From: a virus
Taxonomy: Duplodnaviria; Caudoviricetes
Length of the DNA stretch: 64,000 nt
Strand: one strand, 5' to 3'
Virus record (IMG/VR): IMGVR_UViG_3300021254_001514
Span: 18,853 to 82,852 of that record
Part shown: positions 20,001-28,069 of the stretch, in pieces
Layout of the letters: every line of letters starts with the position of its first letter
Numbering within the stretch: position 1 is the stretch's first letter
Position numbers and translations under genes: made by a program
Notes under the pieces: generated by a model
Seen by the model: only the letters and a program-made list of their open reading frames with translations
Database searches by the model: none
Told to the model about the DNA's origin: nothing

Positions 20001-21529
20001 GTTGTTTCAATAATTTGCGCAAGGAATGCAGCTGTATTTTCAAATGACATATTAGCGTTATTTGCTAATGATGCCACTTTCGTCATAGCGACAGAAATTT
20101 CATTTACATCGGAAGCAGTTTTAGCTGCTAAGTTAGAATACACATCATTAATATTCTGCGCATTTGCTTCAGTAATTTCCATATTGAAACCACGAAGCGC
20201 ATTTGTCATACGGTCGGTAGCTTCAGCAGCATCAAGTCCGGCAATACGAGCCATTTTTAGTGTCTCGTTAGAAACAGCCATTACCTCGTTAGTAGACAAA
20301 CCTTGCTGGTAATAAAGTGTCGCAGCTTCGTATGCATCATGGATGGAAACGCCAAGTTCATTCGCACGTTTTGTGTATTCGGGCAACTGATCCCACATAT
20401 CACCGACACTAAAGTCAGTAACTACCGCAGTCTCAGTCATAACGGCATCAAGGTCTTTAACAGTCTCGAAAGCAGCACTTACAGCTCTTTTAAACAGATT
20501 TACTGCATTTTCAAGACCGAAAAAGTATTTAACTTTATTTTTAAAATTTTCAAGAGTATTATCTAACTCTTTCGCATTTTCAGTACTCTCTTCTATGCCT
20601 CCACCAAGAGCTTCTGCCGCGTGAGCACCCTCAATAGCATTAGAAGAAAACTTCTCAACTATTTTTGAAGCTTTCTCTAAATTTTTTGAATCAATATCTT
20701 TGAGAGCGGAACGGAGTTCGTCGACACTCTTAATTGACGATGGATCAAAATCAAGTTTTATTTCACCAGCTTTTTGAGCGTCAGACAGCGCTTTTGTCAC
20801 TTCTAACAAGCTGTCAGCTTTGATTTTATTTAAACTATCATTAAGTTCATTTATTTCTTTATCGTATCTAGAAATCTGTTCTTCCGCGACAGCGATTTTT
20901 TGGTTTGAACCATTGATAGTAGTTTGTAATTTTTTTTCTTGATTTTCTAGCTTTTCTATTTCCGCGGCAGTCTCTTCTGTTGCTGTTTCGAGACCCCGTA
21001 AATTTACTAACTGTTCCTTTACTTCTTTTAAGTTAGTTTCAGCGACAGTTTTAGTTGCTATATTTTTTTCTTTTGTATTTTCTGCCTTACTTCTTTTTGA
21101 TCTTACGCTACCTAACTCACTCCGAGTCTGTCTCTCTCTTTCGGCAATTTTATTGTAGTAATTATCAATAGCTTTTTGTAAAGCATCAGCTTCTTTCTTT
21201 GCTACTTTAAACTTATCAGCTAAAGTAATTTTGCTTGAACCGCTATTTATCTTTTTGAAGATTTTATCAAACTCACTACCTATACTATTAACTTCTGAGC
21301 GAATCTTCTTCTCGTCAAGTAAGCTTATTTTATTATCCTTGGTATATTGTTGAACATTTTTAATTTTATTCTCCAACTCATCCAAAGATTTTTCAATAGA
21401 CCCTTTTAAATTATCGGGCATTTTTAGTTTAGATAGCTCTTTTTGTATTTTAGTAAGTTGACTACTCATGTCACCTACTTTCGCAGCTACGTCAACCGTC
21501 AACTTCACAGTTCTATCATTTTGTCCCAT
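14018..21529 (-). CDS. Tail tape measure protein (TP901-type core; 2503 aa)
   Basis: Very long and helical; core ARIAGLDAAEATDRMTNALRGF; C-terminal FKTGGLADFTGPAWLDGT..KPELVLN. Confidence 0.92.
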   Translation of the reverse strand: MGQNDRTVKLTVDVAAKVGDMSSQLTKIQKELSKLKMPDNLKGSIEKSLDELENKIKNVQQYTKDNKISLLDEKKIRSEVNSIGSEFDKIFKKINSGSSKITLADKFKVAKKEADALQKAIDNYYNKIAERERQTRSELGSVRSKRSKAENTKEKNIATKTVAETNLKEVKEQLVNLRGLETATEETAAEIEKLENQEKKLQTTINGSNQKIAVAEEQISRYDKEINELNDSLNKIKADSLLEVTKALSDAQKAGEIKLDFDPSSIKSVDELRSALKDIDSKNLEKASKIVEKFSSNAIEGAHAAEALGGGIEESTENAKELDNTLENFKNKVKYFFGLENAVNLFKRAVSAAFETVKDLDAVMTETAVVTDFSVGDMWDQLPEYTKRANELGVSIHDAYEAATLYYQQGLSTNEVMAVSNETLKMARIAGLDAAEATDRMTNALRGFNMEITEANAQNINDVYSNLAAKTASDVNEISVAMTKVASLANNANMSFENTAAFLAQIIETTRESAETAGTALKTVIARFSEVKELRSKGELLGTDEEGQEIDVNKVSQALRSAGINLNEYLTGAKGLDEIFIELSSKWDSLDQVQQRYIATMAAGSRQQSRFIALMQDSSRMTELLGYANDAAGASQEQFAKTLDSLQTKLNQLKNAWDTFLMTLANNEAIKLVVDLLTKLIGSLNKVLDTVGKFGGSWTKSFAGIGLIFGGFKLGKTGGNKLLGNIGKSLGIVNKELGKEGSELEETGETNSQSYGKGFKEGLKKFFTTEKVISKKLVGEPSKEALTSIKKSLSGLKIKEGESKGSKLTDEQKQEIITVYKTKGYESAVQAASKYGVTLNSTNQAVRDWGGQVEQVNKKVTISYRAVGVGLAMVGAAINHFAKESDSTVGKIGQTLSDTFSQAGTALMTFGPQIKALPTPLKIAAGAGLLLVNAFKAFKSESPEEKLKKVQEKSEAAAKGAEEATKRYNDLKNSLDSLKESQSNIEKMTVGTTEWKNAVQDTNKQVLDLIENYGELAQYVKNNNGQLILDTNSSEVQSILSNQSRGASNAQLINISTQRDLIEAQNKALTSKQQELFDPITASAFGTNEDVARALAGDAESIKKLGVTTEQLAEAAKQNGGEWISAMRKTGETLLANDSKLEAYYKATAAQIESSENFTEEQNKYINNFLSSDRLKAYEDAVDTSKYEGENRQKLQNELAGRLGYTNYDDLLKARNVEEISDKEISAELAKLDAMDKATEATREFAKALDGSQGELLKSIYGKENGLGLNEEQAKRINSLSGNTDALYTYLTGKEVTNEIKDSTEYEQIISDAINASTNSLEVINKYLESLPKEIKDSLENADAGTVKTFSEFFNNIIAASGKEASKNISDYLEGLSAGDLEKVAAALNMIDPRNIDEVEDLPNILADLGGESIFAESEMQGFIKAIEAGAHSVKQFNMDNIIEQIRTIGQLQKDIRTGEHDRTFSEDEYNNLIKVAPEIAADFEKDLSGNYIYVGQRMENLTAALDENTRAVLEEANKQLDNQIKAAEVLGESSYLSYEGGTPHDVISGLEDRASLQGQELKDVFQGYLDNLRAGGVDLSTLLGIDQNSSADSFSEEQIHGYLDKLFTTMNNYAENKAAQAKATQEGKILTYQSTNTATQNADLGMQGDEAAVKALKVQAAQAGVTQEAYAELYTEIEKGSQSAVFELGQITTMYEEANKIDIDTSEIEHLATELKKANKELDNTTAAEVAFLNIKFNKGLKQISDSYEDWNALIDENTGLIKANSAVDSEVFNDLKESVGMLLNVTEPLSDAFWESSENMELLQQAAQGDMEAIEQLRLAAAKDITIQIRDQFDPVADRETWNKINELSRELENLDLPDLEPGMDLTNVDAGVQSFIDKCNEMLRTGTMSANELAKVWAAAGFDTQVEYEDIEVDWLSNGRVGDTKGYIQSAGAVAEMVKQHYKLRVPKQLHFNAVGSSTPTTYNPPTGSTGGGGKKSSEAADNKNTALWTNPYDKLHNALKETESLMKIRERLERDFQKTVRDTNQTNAQSYKLYEDEVMALKKQKDLQEAIMNQKKKDVENANKGQGGSYVNAEGKRVQFRNIANAKKGSPLFAYKEMMDLIHYDFNTHSMMIGNDRIGNNEQFLAWNKVHGVQNVEGADDLGSFIEAYYNYVQDQANYYEEALDGMNEAQDAIDELNKSMVDSFKSLEDRVLDAVIAAREKEIDKLENLSDTIKDSSDKVIDDMRQQVEAERQARQNEKTEEEIAQRESRLEYLRRDTSGANQKEILQLEKELEESRQSYQDSLIDQSLQQMQDEADVAAEQRANQIEIMREQLKIDQENGTLWNTVGPLIQQALTNGVIGSELEKLLKNNDLYNSLSSFGKQTWTNDLIEAVKKANIGFQAAKVDKNGSPTEYKLFKTGGLADFTGPAWLDGTKTKPELVLNQQDTQNFISLIDTLSSLNKNGNQSSLGAGGNNYYDIDISAELGSDYDVDQLAEKIKKQIQDDSAYRNTTSIGFIR

Positions 21530-21551
21530 AACTCCCTCCTAACTTAAAAAA

Positions 21552-21576
21552 TCGGCATTAGTTTCACTAATGCCGA
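21552..21576 (-). terminator. Intrinsic terminator
   Basis: TCGGCATTAG/CTAATGCCGA stem with a U-tract on the minus strand. Confidence 0.75.
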
Positions 21577-21578
21577 AT

Positions 21579-22373
21579 TTAAAAGTCACTATCTATATCA
21601 TCACCCAAAAAGCAAAAATCGCTCACATAGGTGTCTCCTCTCGATCCCACCGGAACCCCGATTGCGGAAAAATTACCAACAACAGGATTTGCTTGCGCTC
21701 CGAGCCTTATAGATAATTCAGACATTAGCTTTAATTTTGGAACCCTTATAATACCGGTACTAATAGTTCCTGTCTTATCATCTTTAGCTTTCGTTTTTCC
21801 CTCTAACTCCAAAAAACCATTAAGCAATCGCTGTCCTATTTTATAAGACTGCGCGCTTCCCGAATAATCAAATGTATAATCAATAACTACTGTTGTATAT
21901 GGTGCATCAATAGTAATTATGTTATCTTCTAATGTAAAATTAGTAATTTTCTCCCCAGTTTCTTCCTGATAAATAAAAACTGAAGAAATATCATTGGGAG
22001 AATACTTTAACTCTATTCTATTGTTTTGGTCACTTTCTAATATCTCTGTCTTAGTAACCGAAATTGGCGTCTCATTCTCTAAAGTAACTAAATGCGCGCC
22101 AGTTAATAAAGCAAATTGAGTTTTTGAAAAGACTCCTTGAGAAAAATAAATGTTAATTTCTTTTGTTGTCTCCCAAAAAACGTGAGGCCTGTTATCAAAA
22201 CCACCATTAGCAGTAACTCGTGTTACTATTTCTGATAAACCGCTAATCATAATTTTATCAAACTTGGCAATAGTTTCGCCTTTTAAGATTTTTCTATTAC
22301 CTATACCTATATCATAAGTAGCTTTTAACCTTACGTCCTCAAACTCTTTGAACGAAAATTTTTCTTCTGCCAT
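21579..22373 (-). CDS. Tail-tube-like protein, paralog of the major tail protein
   Basis: Shares KE..DV, VTANGG..N....W...KEI and P+L+ blocks with the adjacent gene. Confidence 0.65.
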   Translation of the reverse strand: MAEEKFSFKEFEDVRLKATYDIGIGNRKILKGETIAKFDKIMISGLSEIVTRVTANGGFDNRPHVFWETTKEINIYFSQGVFSKTQFALLTGAHLVTLENETPISVTKTEILESDQNNRIELKYSPNDISSVFIYQEETGEKITNFTLEDNIITIDAPYTTVVIDYTFDYSGSAQSYKIGQRLLNGFLELEGKTKAKDDKTGTISTGIIRVPKLKLMSELSIRLGAQANPVVGNFSAIGVPVGSRGDTYVSDFCFLGDDIDSDF

Positions 22374-22393
22374 CTTCTTTTCCTTTCAAAAAA

Positions 22394-22416
22394 GGTGGAG
22401 GCAAAAAGCCTCCACC
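22394..22416 (-). terminator. Intrinsic terminator after major tail protein
   Basis: GGTGGAGGC/GCCTCCACC stem followed by U-tract on the minus strand. Confidence 0.8.
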
Positions 22417-22437
22417 ATCCATTAGTCTTATATTAAA

Positions 22438-23223
22438 TTAGCCTTCCGCGCCAGCATCCGGTGTAATATCATACTTAATAAGTCTCATCATAACACCATC
22501 ATCAGGACGCAGAACACGAAGATCCATATTGAATACAGAAGGATCGCCTTCAGCTTCAAGAGTGATTGTGTTACCAGACTGAACCTTAGCCTTAGGAATG
22601 ATGAACTGGAAGTACTCATCATCACCGGTAACAGAAGAACGTGCATAAGTATCACCAGTTACATAGTATGTGCCTGGGAATGTGTCGCCACTAATCTCAA
22701 TCATACCACTCTTATCAGTCTCAACAGGTACGTTAAAGGTAACGTAAAATGTTTCGCCTAGTTTAGTGCTTGCCGCAGCAGAAGAAATGGTAGAACCAGA
22801 AGCATCATAAATTGTGTACTCACTAGGAATCGTATAAGTTTTACCCTTTCCACCCTTATAGGTCTTTGGCATTTCCGGTGCAGAACCATTAACTGTCCAT
22901 TTGATAGTTTTCTTTAACTCTGTAGGAGCTGTAGCATAGTTTCCATCACCGAACATGATCGCCATGGACTTAGCAGAAAACAGTGCATCTTCAAGAGTTA
23001 CAGTAATCTCTTTACCATAATCCCAGCTTACGAGTGCCGGATTACCCTTACCACCATTTGCAGTAACCTCTTCTGCGGTCTGTTCAATAGTGGAAACTTT
23101 TAAAGTATCAAGATACAGTACGGGATAAGTTGGCATTCCCTTGTTAGCGCCTGAATCACCAATTTTGTAAAAGGTAACATCGGCAACTTCTTTAATACCA
23201 TATTGCTCTAAAATGTTAGACAT
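22438..23223 (-). CDS. Major tail (tube) protein
   Basis: Position, size, biased codon usage and own terminator. Confidence 0.75.
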   Translation of the reverse strand: MSNILEQYGIKEVADVTFYKIGDSGANKGMPTYPVLYLDTLKVSTIEQTAEEVTANGGKGNPALVSWDYGKEITVTLEDALFSAKSMAIMFGDGNYATAPTELKKTIKWTVNGSAPEMPKTYKGGKGKTYTIPSEYTIYDASGSTISSAAASTKLGETFYVTFNVPVETDKSGMIEISGDTFPGTYYVTGDTYARSSVTGDDEYFQFIIPKAKVQSGNTITLEAEGDPSVFNMDLRVLRPDDGVMMRLIKYDITPDAGAEG

Positions 23224-23234
23224 TGTATAGCCTC

Positions 23235-23969
23235 CTATTTATCTTCTAAATTTTTAATCCAATATTCAGGTTTTATTTTTTTGCTATCTGCACCAGCAAG
23301 CAGGCTATCTATATCTATCTGATATTTTTCTTTTCCTTGATAGACACTCATAAGAATTGGTATTGCAGCATAGCTTAACTCTCCAATATTAAGTGGACTT
23401 AGTCCTATTTGCATACAAGAAATTGAAGCAATTATAGATTCAATTTTTAAACCCTTTCCTTGTTTAGCTTTAATACGGTCTCGATACCTTGCCTTAGCCT
23501 TGATTGCCTTTACACGAGGGTCTTCATCTGGTCTAGGCGGTTCTATTTCCTTATCGCCAACACAGGATCTTATTAAATTTTGAAATTCAAAGTAATCTTC
23601 TTCTTTGAGGATTCTTAACTCATTTACGTCTTTAACATTAGTAATATCCCCAATAATAATTTGTTTCGTTTCAAATAAGATGAAAATAGGTTCGTGAGTA
23701 AAAAATAAGAAGGCTTTTTCTAGCGCAATCTTAAATTGTGGACTATTATAAGCTCCATTCAATATATATTCAAAAGGAGTTAATATATCTTTTGTGTCTT
23801 GTCCATTTCGTACATATTCATCTTCTATTTCTTCTTGAGAAAGAGTTAATATCTTTAAAAATACCCCATAGTCTTTTGTTGCGATTACATCTTTTAATTT
23901 TGGTGGATAAACTAAAAATAAATTCTTAAACTCTACGGGGTATCCAAGCATAAAACAAGCTTTATTCAT
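23235..23969 (-). CDS. Putative tail assembly chaperone
   Basis: Synteny and chaperone-like composition. Confidence 0.45.
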   Translation of the reverse strand: MNKACFMLGYPVEFKNLFLVYPPKLKDVIATKDYGVFLKILTLSQEEIEDEYVRNGQDTKDILTPFEYILNGAYNSPQFKIALEKAFLFFTHEPIFILFETKQIIIGDITNVKDVNELRILKEEDYFEFQNLIRSCVGDKEIEPPRPDEDPRVKAIKAKARYRDRIKAKQGKGLKIESIIASISCMQIGLSPLNIGELSYAAIPILMSVYQGKEKYQIDIDSLLAGADSKKIKPEYWIKNLEDK

Positions 23970-24450
23970 AATTTATAATTTCAAAGGTCATTTCATAACA
24001 GGAAATTTCATCTGTTAAGAAATTTAACGAAAAATCTCCACCTACAATTTTTCCTAAACCATTGACATTTTTATCACAAAGACTTTTTTGAATTTCTCCC
24101 ATTATACAGAATGGTCTTAAACTATCACTTTTAATTAACCATTGGGTAAGAGGTACAAAAACTTCTATACCAAGAGAGATGTCTCTAAATTCTCCATTCT
24201 CTATATTTGTCTTTCCTCTAACAACCCGTAAAGAAACAATACTCTGCGCCGTCTCCTTTGGGCCGACTCTAGGAATTATCTTTATAAGTTTACCAAAAAT
24301 CAGTGATTCAATCTGTTCTTTGGTTAAATCCGCACCATTTAAGGGGTCTTTATCAGTATAATATAATAACTTCAGAAGATTCTGATTACTCATAAGTCTA
24401 TTCATAATCTTCTGAAGGTTAAGTCCTAGTTCTCCTAAATTTCTAACCAT
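23962..24450 (-). CDS. Putative tail terminator/completion protein
   Basis: Neck-region synteny; start MVRNLG after GGAGG RBS. Confidence 0.55.
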   Translation of the reverse strand: MVRNLGELGLNLQKIMNRLMSNQNLLKLLYYTDKDPLNGADLTKEQIESLIFGKLIKIIPRVGPKETAQSIVSLRVVRGKTNIENGEFRDISLGIEVFVPLTQWLIKSDSLRPFCIMGEIQKSLCDKNVNGLGKIVGGDFSLNFLTDEISCYEMTFEIINYE

Positions 24451-25174
24451 TCTCCACACCTCCCATTTTAAACCAATAATAATCATCCTCATTATCGGAA
24501 GGGGTTTGTTCTGGTGCAGGAGATAAATCATACTCATAAACAGGATCAACAGTTACATATTCTACTCCATCAGTAGATTGTATATCATAACCAGTAACCC
24601 TATAATATTCCTGAAAAGGATCTTCTCCTATAATAAAATAGTCGTCCTTTTTAACAAATTCATTTCGAGGCATAATGAAGAAACTTGATTTTAAATTCTC
24701 TCCATAATATGTATCCATACGACTTCTTGATTTTAACTCGTCCTTCAACATATTATTTTCTTGCCCATACATATATGCTAAAGCCGTCTGATGTGAACCA
24801 TCGCGCGCAACCCAGGAAAGATTATGAGTCATGCTTAACATGACATATCTATTATAACCACTAGCTTCTATACTTTCTAACCAGTAAACCATCCAAGGCT
24901 TTAAAACATCATCTTTGTCTGGAATATATAAAATAGTTCCGCCAGGGAAATTAGTATTTACATCGACCAATAAATATTGTAAAATCTTGGTGTCATTCTG
25001 TCGGTATCTTTCAAAACTACCAATTACAATTTGGTTATTATATTCTATTTCAACTCTATAAACGCTTTTGGCTAAATAAAGTTGAAACTCTTTTTCTCTC
25101 TTATGCTGGATTCTTGACTGATAATCAGTCCCATATCTATTAAGTCTTTTTGTATAAATATCATAGTATTCCAT
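24443..25174 (-). CDS. Putative head closure protein
   Basis: Neck-region synteny. Confidence 0.5.
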   Translation of the reverse strand: MEYYDIYTKRLNRYGTDYQSRIQHKREKEFQLYLAKSVYRVEIEYNNQIVIGSFERYRQNDTKILQYLLVDVNTNFPGGTILYIPDKDDVLKPWMVYWLESIEASGYNRYVMLSMTHNLSWVARDGSHQTALAYMYGQENNMLKDELKSRSRMDTYYGENLKSSFFIMPRNEFVKKDDYFIIGEDPFQEYYRVTGYDIQSTDGVEYVTVDPVYEYDLSPAPEQTPSDNEDDYYWFKMGGVENG

Positions 25175-25436
25175 CGTTCTTATCCCTGGAAAGCAGACTC
25201 ATACAATCAAAGACTGTCTTTCTAAAATATTCATATCTTAAATAACGAAGCATATTAACTTTATTACAGATAGTTAAGTAGTTAATAGTTTTTAACTCTT
25301 CAGGAAAACCTTGTAATTCAATAATAATGGCATCAAGGAACTGTTCCCAGGGGCCATCCTTTTCATATTCACAAAGCAATCCGAAGAGTTTATTTTTTAA
25401 TTTATTATTATAGCCTTCTACAATACTATTATTCAT
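25161..25436 (-). CDS. Hypothetical neck-region protein (91 aa)
   Basis: Overlap-coupled in the operon. Confidence 0.6.
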   Translation of the reverse strand: MNNSIVEGYNNKLKNKLFGLLCEYEKDGPWEQFLDAIIIELQGFPEELKTINYLTICNKVNMLRYLRYEYFRKTVFDCMSLLSRDKNDGIL

Positions 25437-25857
25437 TTCCGGCTAATTCTCTATATGGGAATGGTTTATTATCAATAGAGCGATAATAAATACTTTCAAG
25501 TTTCGCTGCATTTTTCTGCTCGGCCGCCAACATAGCGTTAAACTTATCTAATAAATTGGCTTGAGAGAAATCTCTTTCATCATACAGCGGCTTAACATTT
25601 TCCCATGTAAGAATAGTTCTATTTAACCACTCACACTTCATATAACAAGCTAAAATCTGAACTTCGCTATTACTTAAATCATTATCAAATCCAGCACTTG
25701 TATAAGATAATGAAGTTCTCGGAAACTTAAAACGAACAACCGCGGCCTCTAAGAGAGTAAAAAGGTCGCGCTCGGTATCGCTTTCTTCCCAAGTTTCCCA
25801 CTCATCATCTAAAATTTTACTTAAAAAAGCGGTATATACAGTATCAAAAGAGGTCAT
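25429..25857 (-). CDS. Putative head-tail adaptor
   Basis: MTSFDTVYTAFLSKI, size and position downstream of the capsid gene. Confidence 0.55.
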   Translation of the reverse strand: MTSFDTVYTAFLSKILDDEWETWEESDTERDLFTLLEAAVVRFKFPRTSLSYTSAGFDNDLSNSEVQILACYMKCEWLNRTILTWENVKPLYDERDFSQANLLDKFNAMLAAEQKNAAKLESIYYRSIDNKPFPYRELAGNE

Positions 25858-25860
25858 AGA

Positions 25861-26334
25861 TTAGTCCTCCTTATTCTGTTTCGCTAAACGAACTGCGGCA
25901 ATTACATCACGACCGCATTTCTCCTTAATATATTCACACTTGTCAAAATCAACAAGTTTATTTTTCACAGCATAATCAGCTAAAGCTTCAATCTGCTCGT
26001 AACCAAGCTTGTCCACATTAGCCTTAAATTCATCGAGCGGAAGATTTACCATATACTTTCTGCGCTCTTTATCTGTTAAAACAATCACATTAACCGGTTC
26101 AGTAGCATCCTCAGGCTCAATGCCTAATTCCTGTTTAACTTTCAAATCTTCAATATATACAATTCCGGTATCAATCATATACTTAATCCCAGGCTCATAA
26201 AGTAACTGAGAAAAAATTTCTTTATCAATAGAAATAGAAGCACCATTAGGTGCCAACTCTCTTTTAAAATTCTGCATAGCTGACATAATAGTCACTGGAG
26301 AATTTGTAGTATTTTTAATTACAACCTTATCCAT
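25861..26334 (-). CDS. Hypothetical head-region protein (157 aa)
   Basis: Directly downstream of the capsid gene. Confidence 0.6.
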   Translation of the reverse strand: MDKVVIKNTTNSPVTIMSAMQNFKRELAPNGASISIDKEIFSQLLYEPGIKYMIDTGIVYIEDLKVKQELGIEPEDATEPVNVIVLTDKERRKYMVNLPLDEFKANVDKLGYEQIEALADYAVKNKLVDFDKCEYIKEKCGRDVIAAVRLAKQNKED

Positions 26335-26362
26335 ATTTTTACTCCTTTAACTCCTTTTTATA

Positions 26363-26389
26363 AAGGGGAGAGGTTTATCCCCTCCCCTT
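26363..26389 (-). terminator. Terminator after major capsid protein
   Basis: AAGGGGAG/CTCCCCTT stem plus U-tract on the minus strand. Confidence 0.7.
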
Positions 26390-26405
26390 CCTATTTATTT
26401 TCTAT

Positions 26406-27479
26406 TTAGAAACCGTAAGGTGACTCAAAAGTCTGTGTAATTGCTGTATTCTGGTAAATAGCCCAGTCATGCTGAGTCAGAATAGCGCAACCCATCTTTT
26501 TGTACGCATAAACTTCAAGCGAATTATCTCTGTTCTTGAAGTCATTAATCTGTGTAGCACCCTCAAGTACAACCTTAACAACCTTTTGACGTCCAGTAGG
26601 CAGAATGTATGCTAACTGAGGATCAATCCAAGTCTTTTTATTGTTCTCGTCAATAAAGGACTGAGGAATCTGAACGATCGGAGTACCACGGAACAGATTA
26701 ATATAACCCGTTCTATGAATAGCGTCAATATCTTCAGGAGAATAAACTCCTTGAATAGCGCTACTTGTTGCACCAGAACCGTAGGTAGTAATTGGAACGA
26801 TTGCATCCGGTCCCATAGCACCTACGAACTCGGGCGGAGCAAAGATTACAGCGCCGTCGCCATATGCTCTTACAACAGTGATAAGTTTCTGCATCTTATC
26901 GCCATCGAAACCGCTGACAATTTCCTTATTTGCAGCAGGACGATCAGAATCATTTAGAGCAGCTCTCAGAGCCTTGTGAACTTCAAGATAAACTGCATCT
27001 GTAAGACCTTCAGTAATAATGGATACTACTTCAGCCAGAGATTCAACACCATCAAGCATTCTCTCGAAATCAATGGTAGCTCCACCACCGACTGCGTGAG
27101 CCTTTACTGTAAATGTTTCGCTATCAAGACGGAAGGTTTCATATACACCAGAAAGACCTACCTGAGTAAGGAACTTCTTAGCACGCTGTCTACCAACACC
27201 TCTCTTAAAGATAGCCTGTTGACCCTGAGGTACTACCTGTACTTCAGCAAAAGCGCTTAAAGCACTGATAACTCTCTTAGGCATAACTTCATCTACAGTA
27301 TCAATAACAATATCATAAATATCATAACGATTTTTCATGAACTGGTTTACAGAACCAGCAAGTTCTTTTAAACCATCCAGGAAAGCCGCATTTACATCAA
27401 TGTCCTGATTAGCATAGCAAGCAGGTACGGTACCCTTAGCGGCATGAAGGGCGATTTCTTTTAATTCTTTAATAGTCAT
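26406..27479 (-). CDS. Major capsid protein
   Basis: 357 aa, strongly biased codons, follows scaffold and decoration genes. Confidence 0.85.
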   Translation of the reverse strand: MTIKELKEIALHAAKGTVPACYANQDIDVNAAFLDGLKELAGSVNQFMKNRYDIYDIVIDTVDEVMPKRVISALSAFAEVQVVPQGQQAIFKRGVGRQRAKKFLTQVGLSGVYETFRLDSETFTVKAHAVGGGATIDFERMLDGVESLAEVVSIITEGLTDAVYLEVHKALRAALNDSDRPAANKEIVSGFDGDKMQKLITVVRAYGDGAVIFAPPEFVGAMGPDAIVPITTYGSGATSSAIQGVYSPEDIDAIHRTGYINLFRGTPIVQIPQSFIDENNKKTWIDPQLAYILPTGRQKVVKVVLEGATQINDFKNRDNSLEVYAYKKMGCAILTQHDWAIYQNTAITQTFESPYGF

Positions 27480-27494
27480 TTTCTCATACCCTCC

Positions 27495-28049
27495 TTAGCA
27501 AGAATAAACCTGAAGCTTAACAGCTTTCTGTCCATCAGGCATTGTTGTGTACTCAACAACTCTCATAGCAAGACCACTAGTCGGCGCACTAGAAGAGATT
27601 GCAGGAGTACCATCTGAACCTACAGAAGCATACAGGTTAGTTGTCTTATAACTACCAAGAGCAGAAATAAATGCTGCCTCTGTAGCAAACTCAGTATCAT
27701 TATAACTAATGCAGTTAGTTGTGTATTTGTCACCTACTGCAAGGTAACCAATTCTCGGTAAAAAGTCGTCTGTTGGGTTAAGAGCAAAATCTTTCAGACC
27801 AGTTGCTCTTTCATCATATAGATGTTCTGCGCTATAAACAAGACCGATTGGAAGTTTTTCGTCACCGCTAGGTGAGCAAGTACGCTTAACATTGTCTACA
27901 TGAAGTAGCATACCATTCTCGACTTTCTTACCAGAAAATGCGGATGCATCAGGCGCGCATTGAGCCTCAATACGACCGTCTCTACGGAAGGCACAGTTGT
28001 TAATTTCAACCTGGCCATAACCGTCAATAGTCATTCTTTGAAGAGCCAT
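27495..28049 (-). CDS. Putative head decoration/cement protein
   Basis: 184 aa, biased codons, between scaffold and capsid genes. Confidence 0.6.
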   Translation of the reverse strand: MALQRMTIDGYGQVEINNCAFRRDGRIEAQCAPDASAFSGKKVENGMLLHVDNVKRTCSPSGDEKLPIGLVYSAEHLYDERATGLKDFALNPTDDFLPRIGYLAVGDKYTTNCISYNDTEFATEAAFISALGSYKTTNLYASVGSDGTPAISSSAPTSGLAMRVVEYTTMPDGQKAVKLQVYSC

Positions 28050-28069
28050 TTCATAAATCCTCCGTATTA

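Noticed and set aside
23223-23969. Programmed frameshift tail chaperone pair
   Set aside because: No second overlapping ORF, and no clear slippery site before the tape measure gene.
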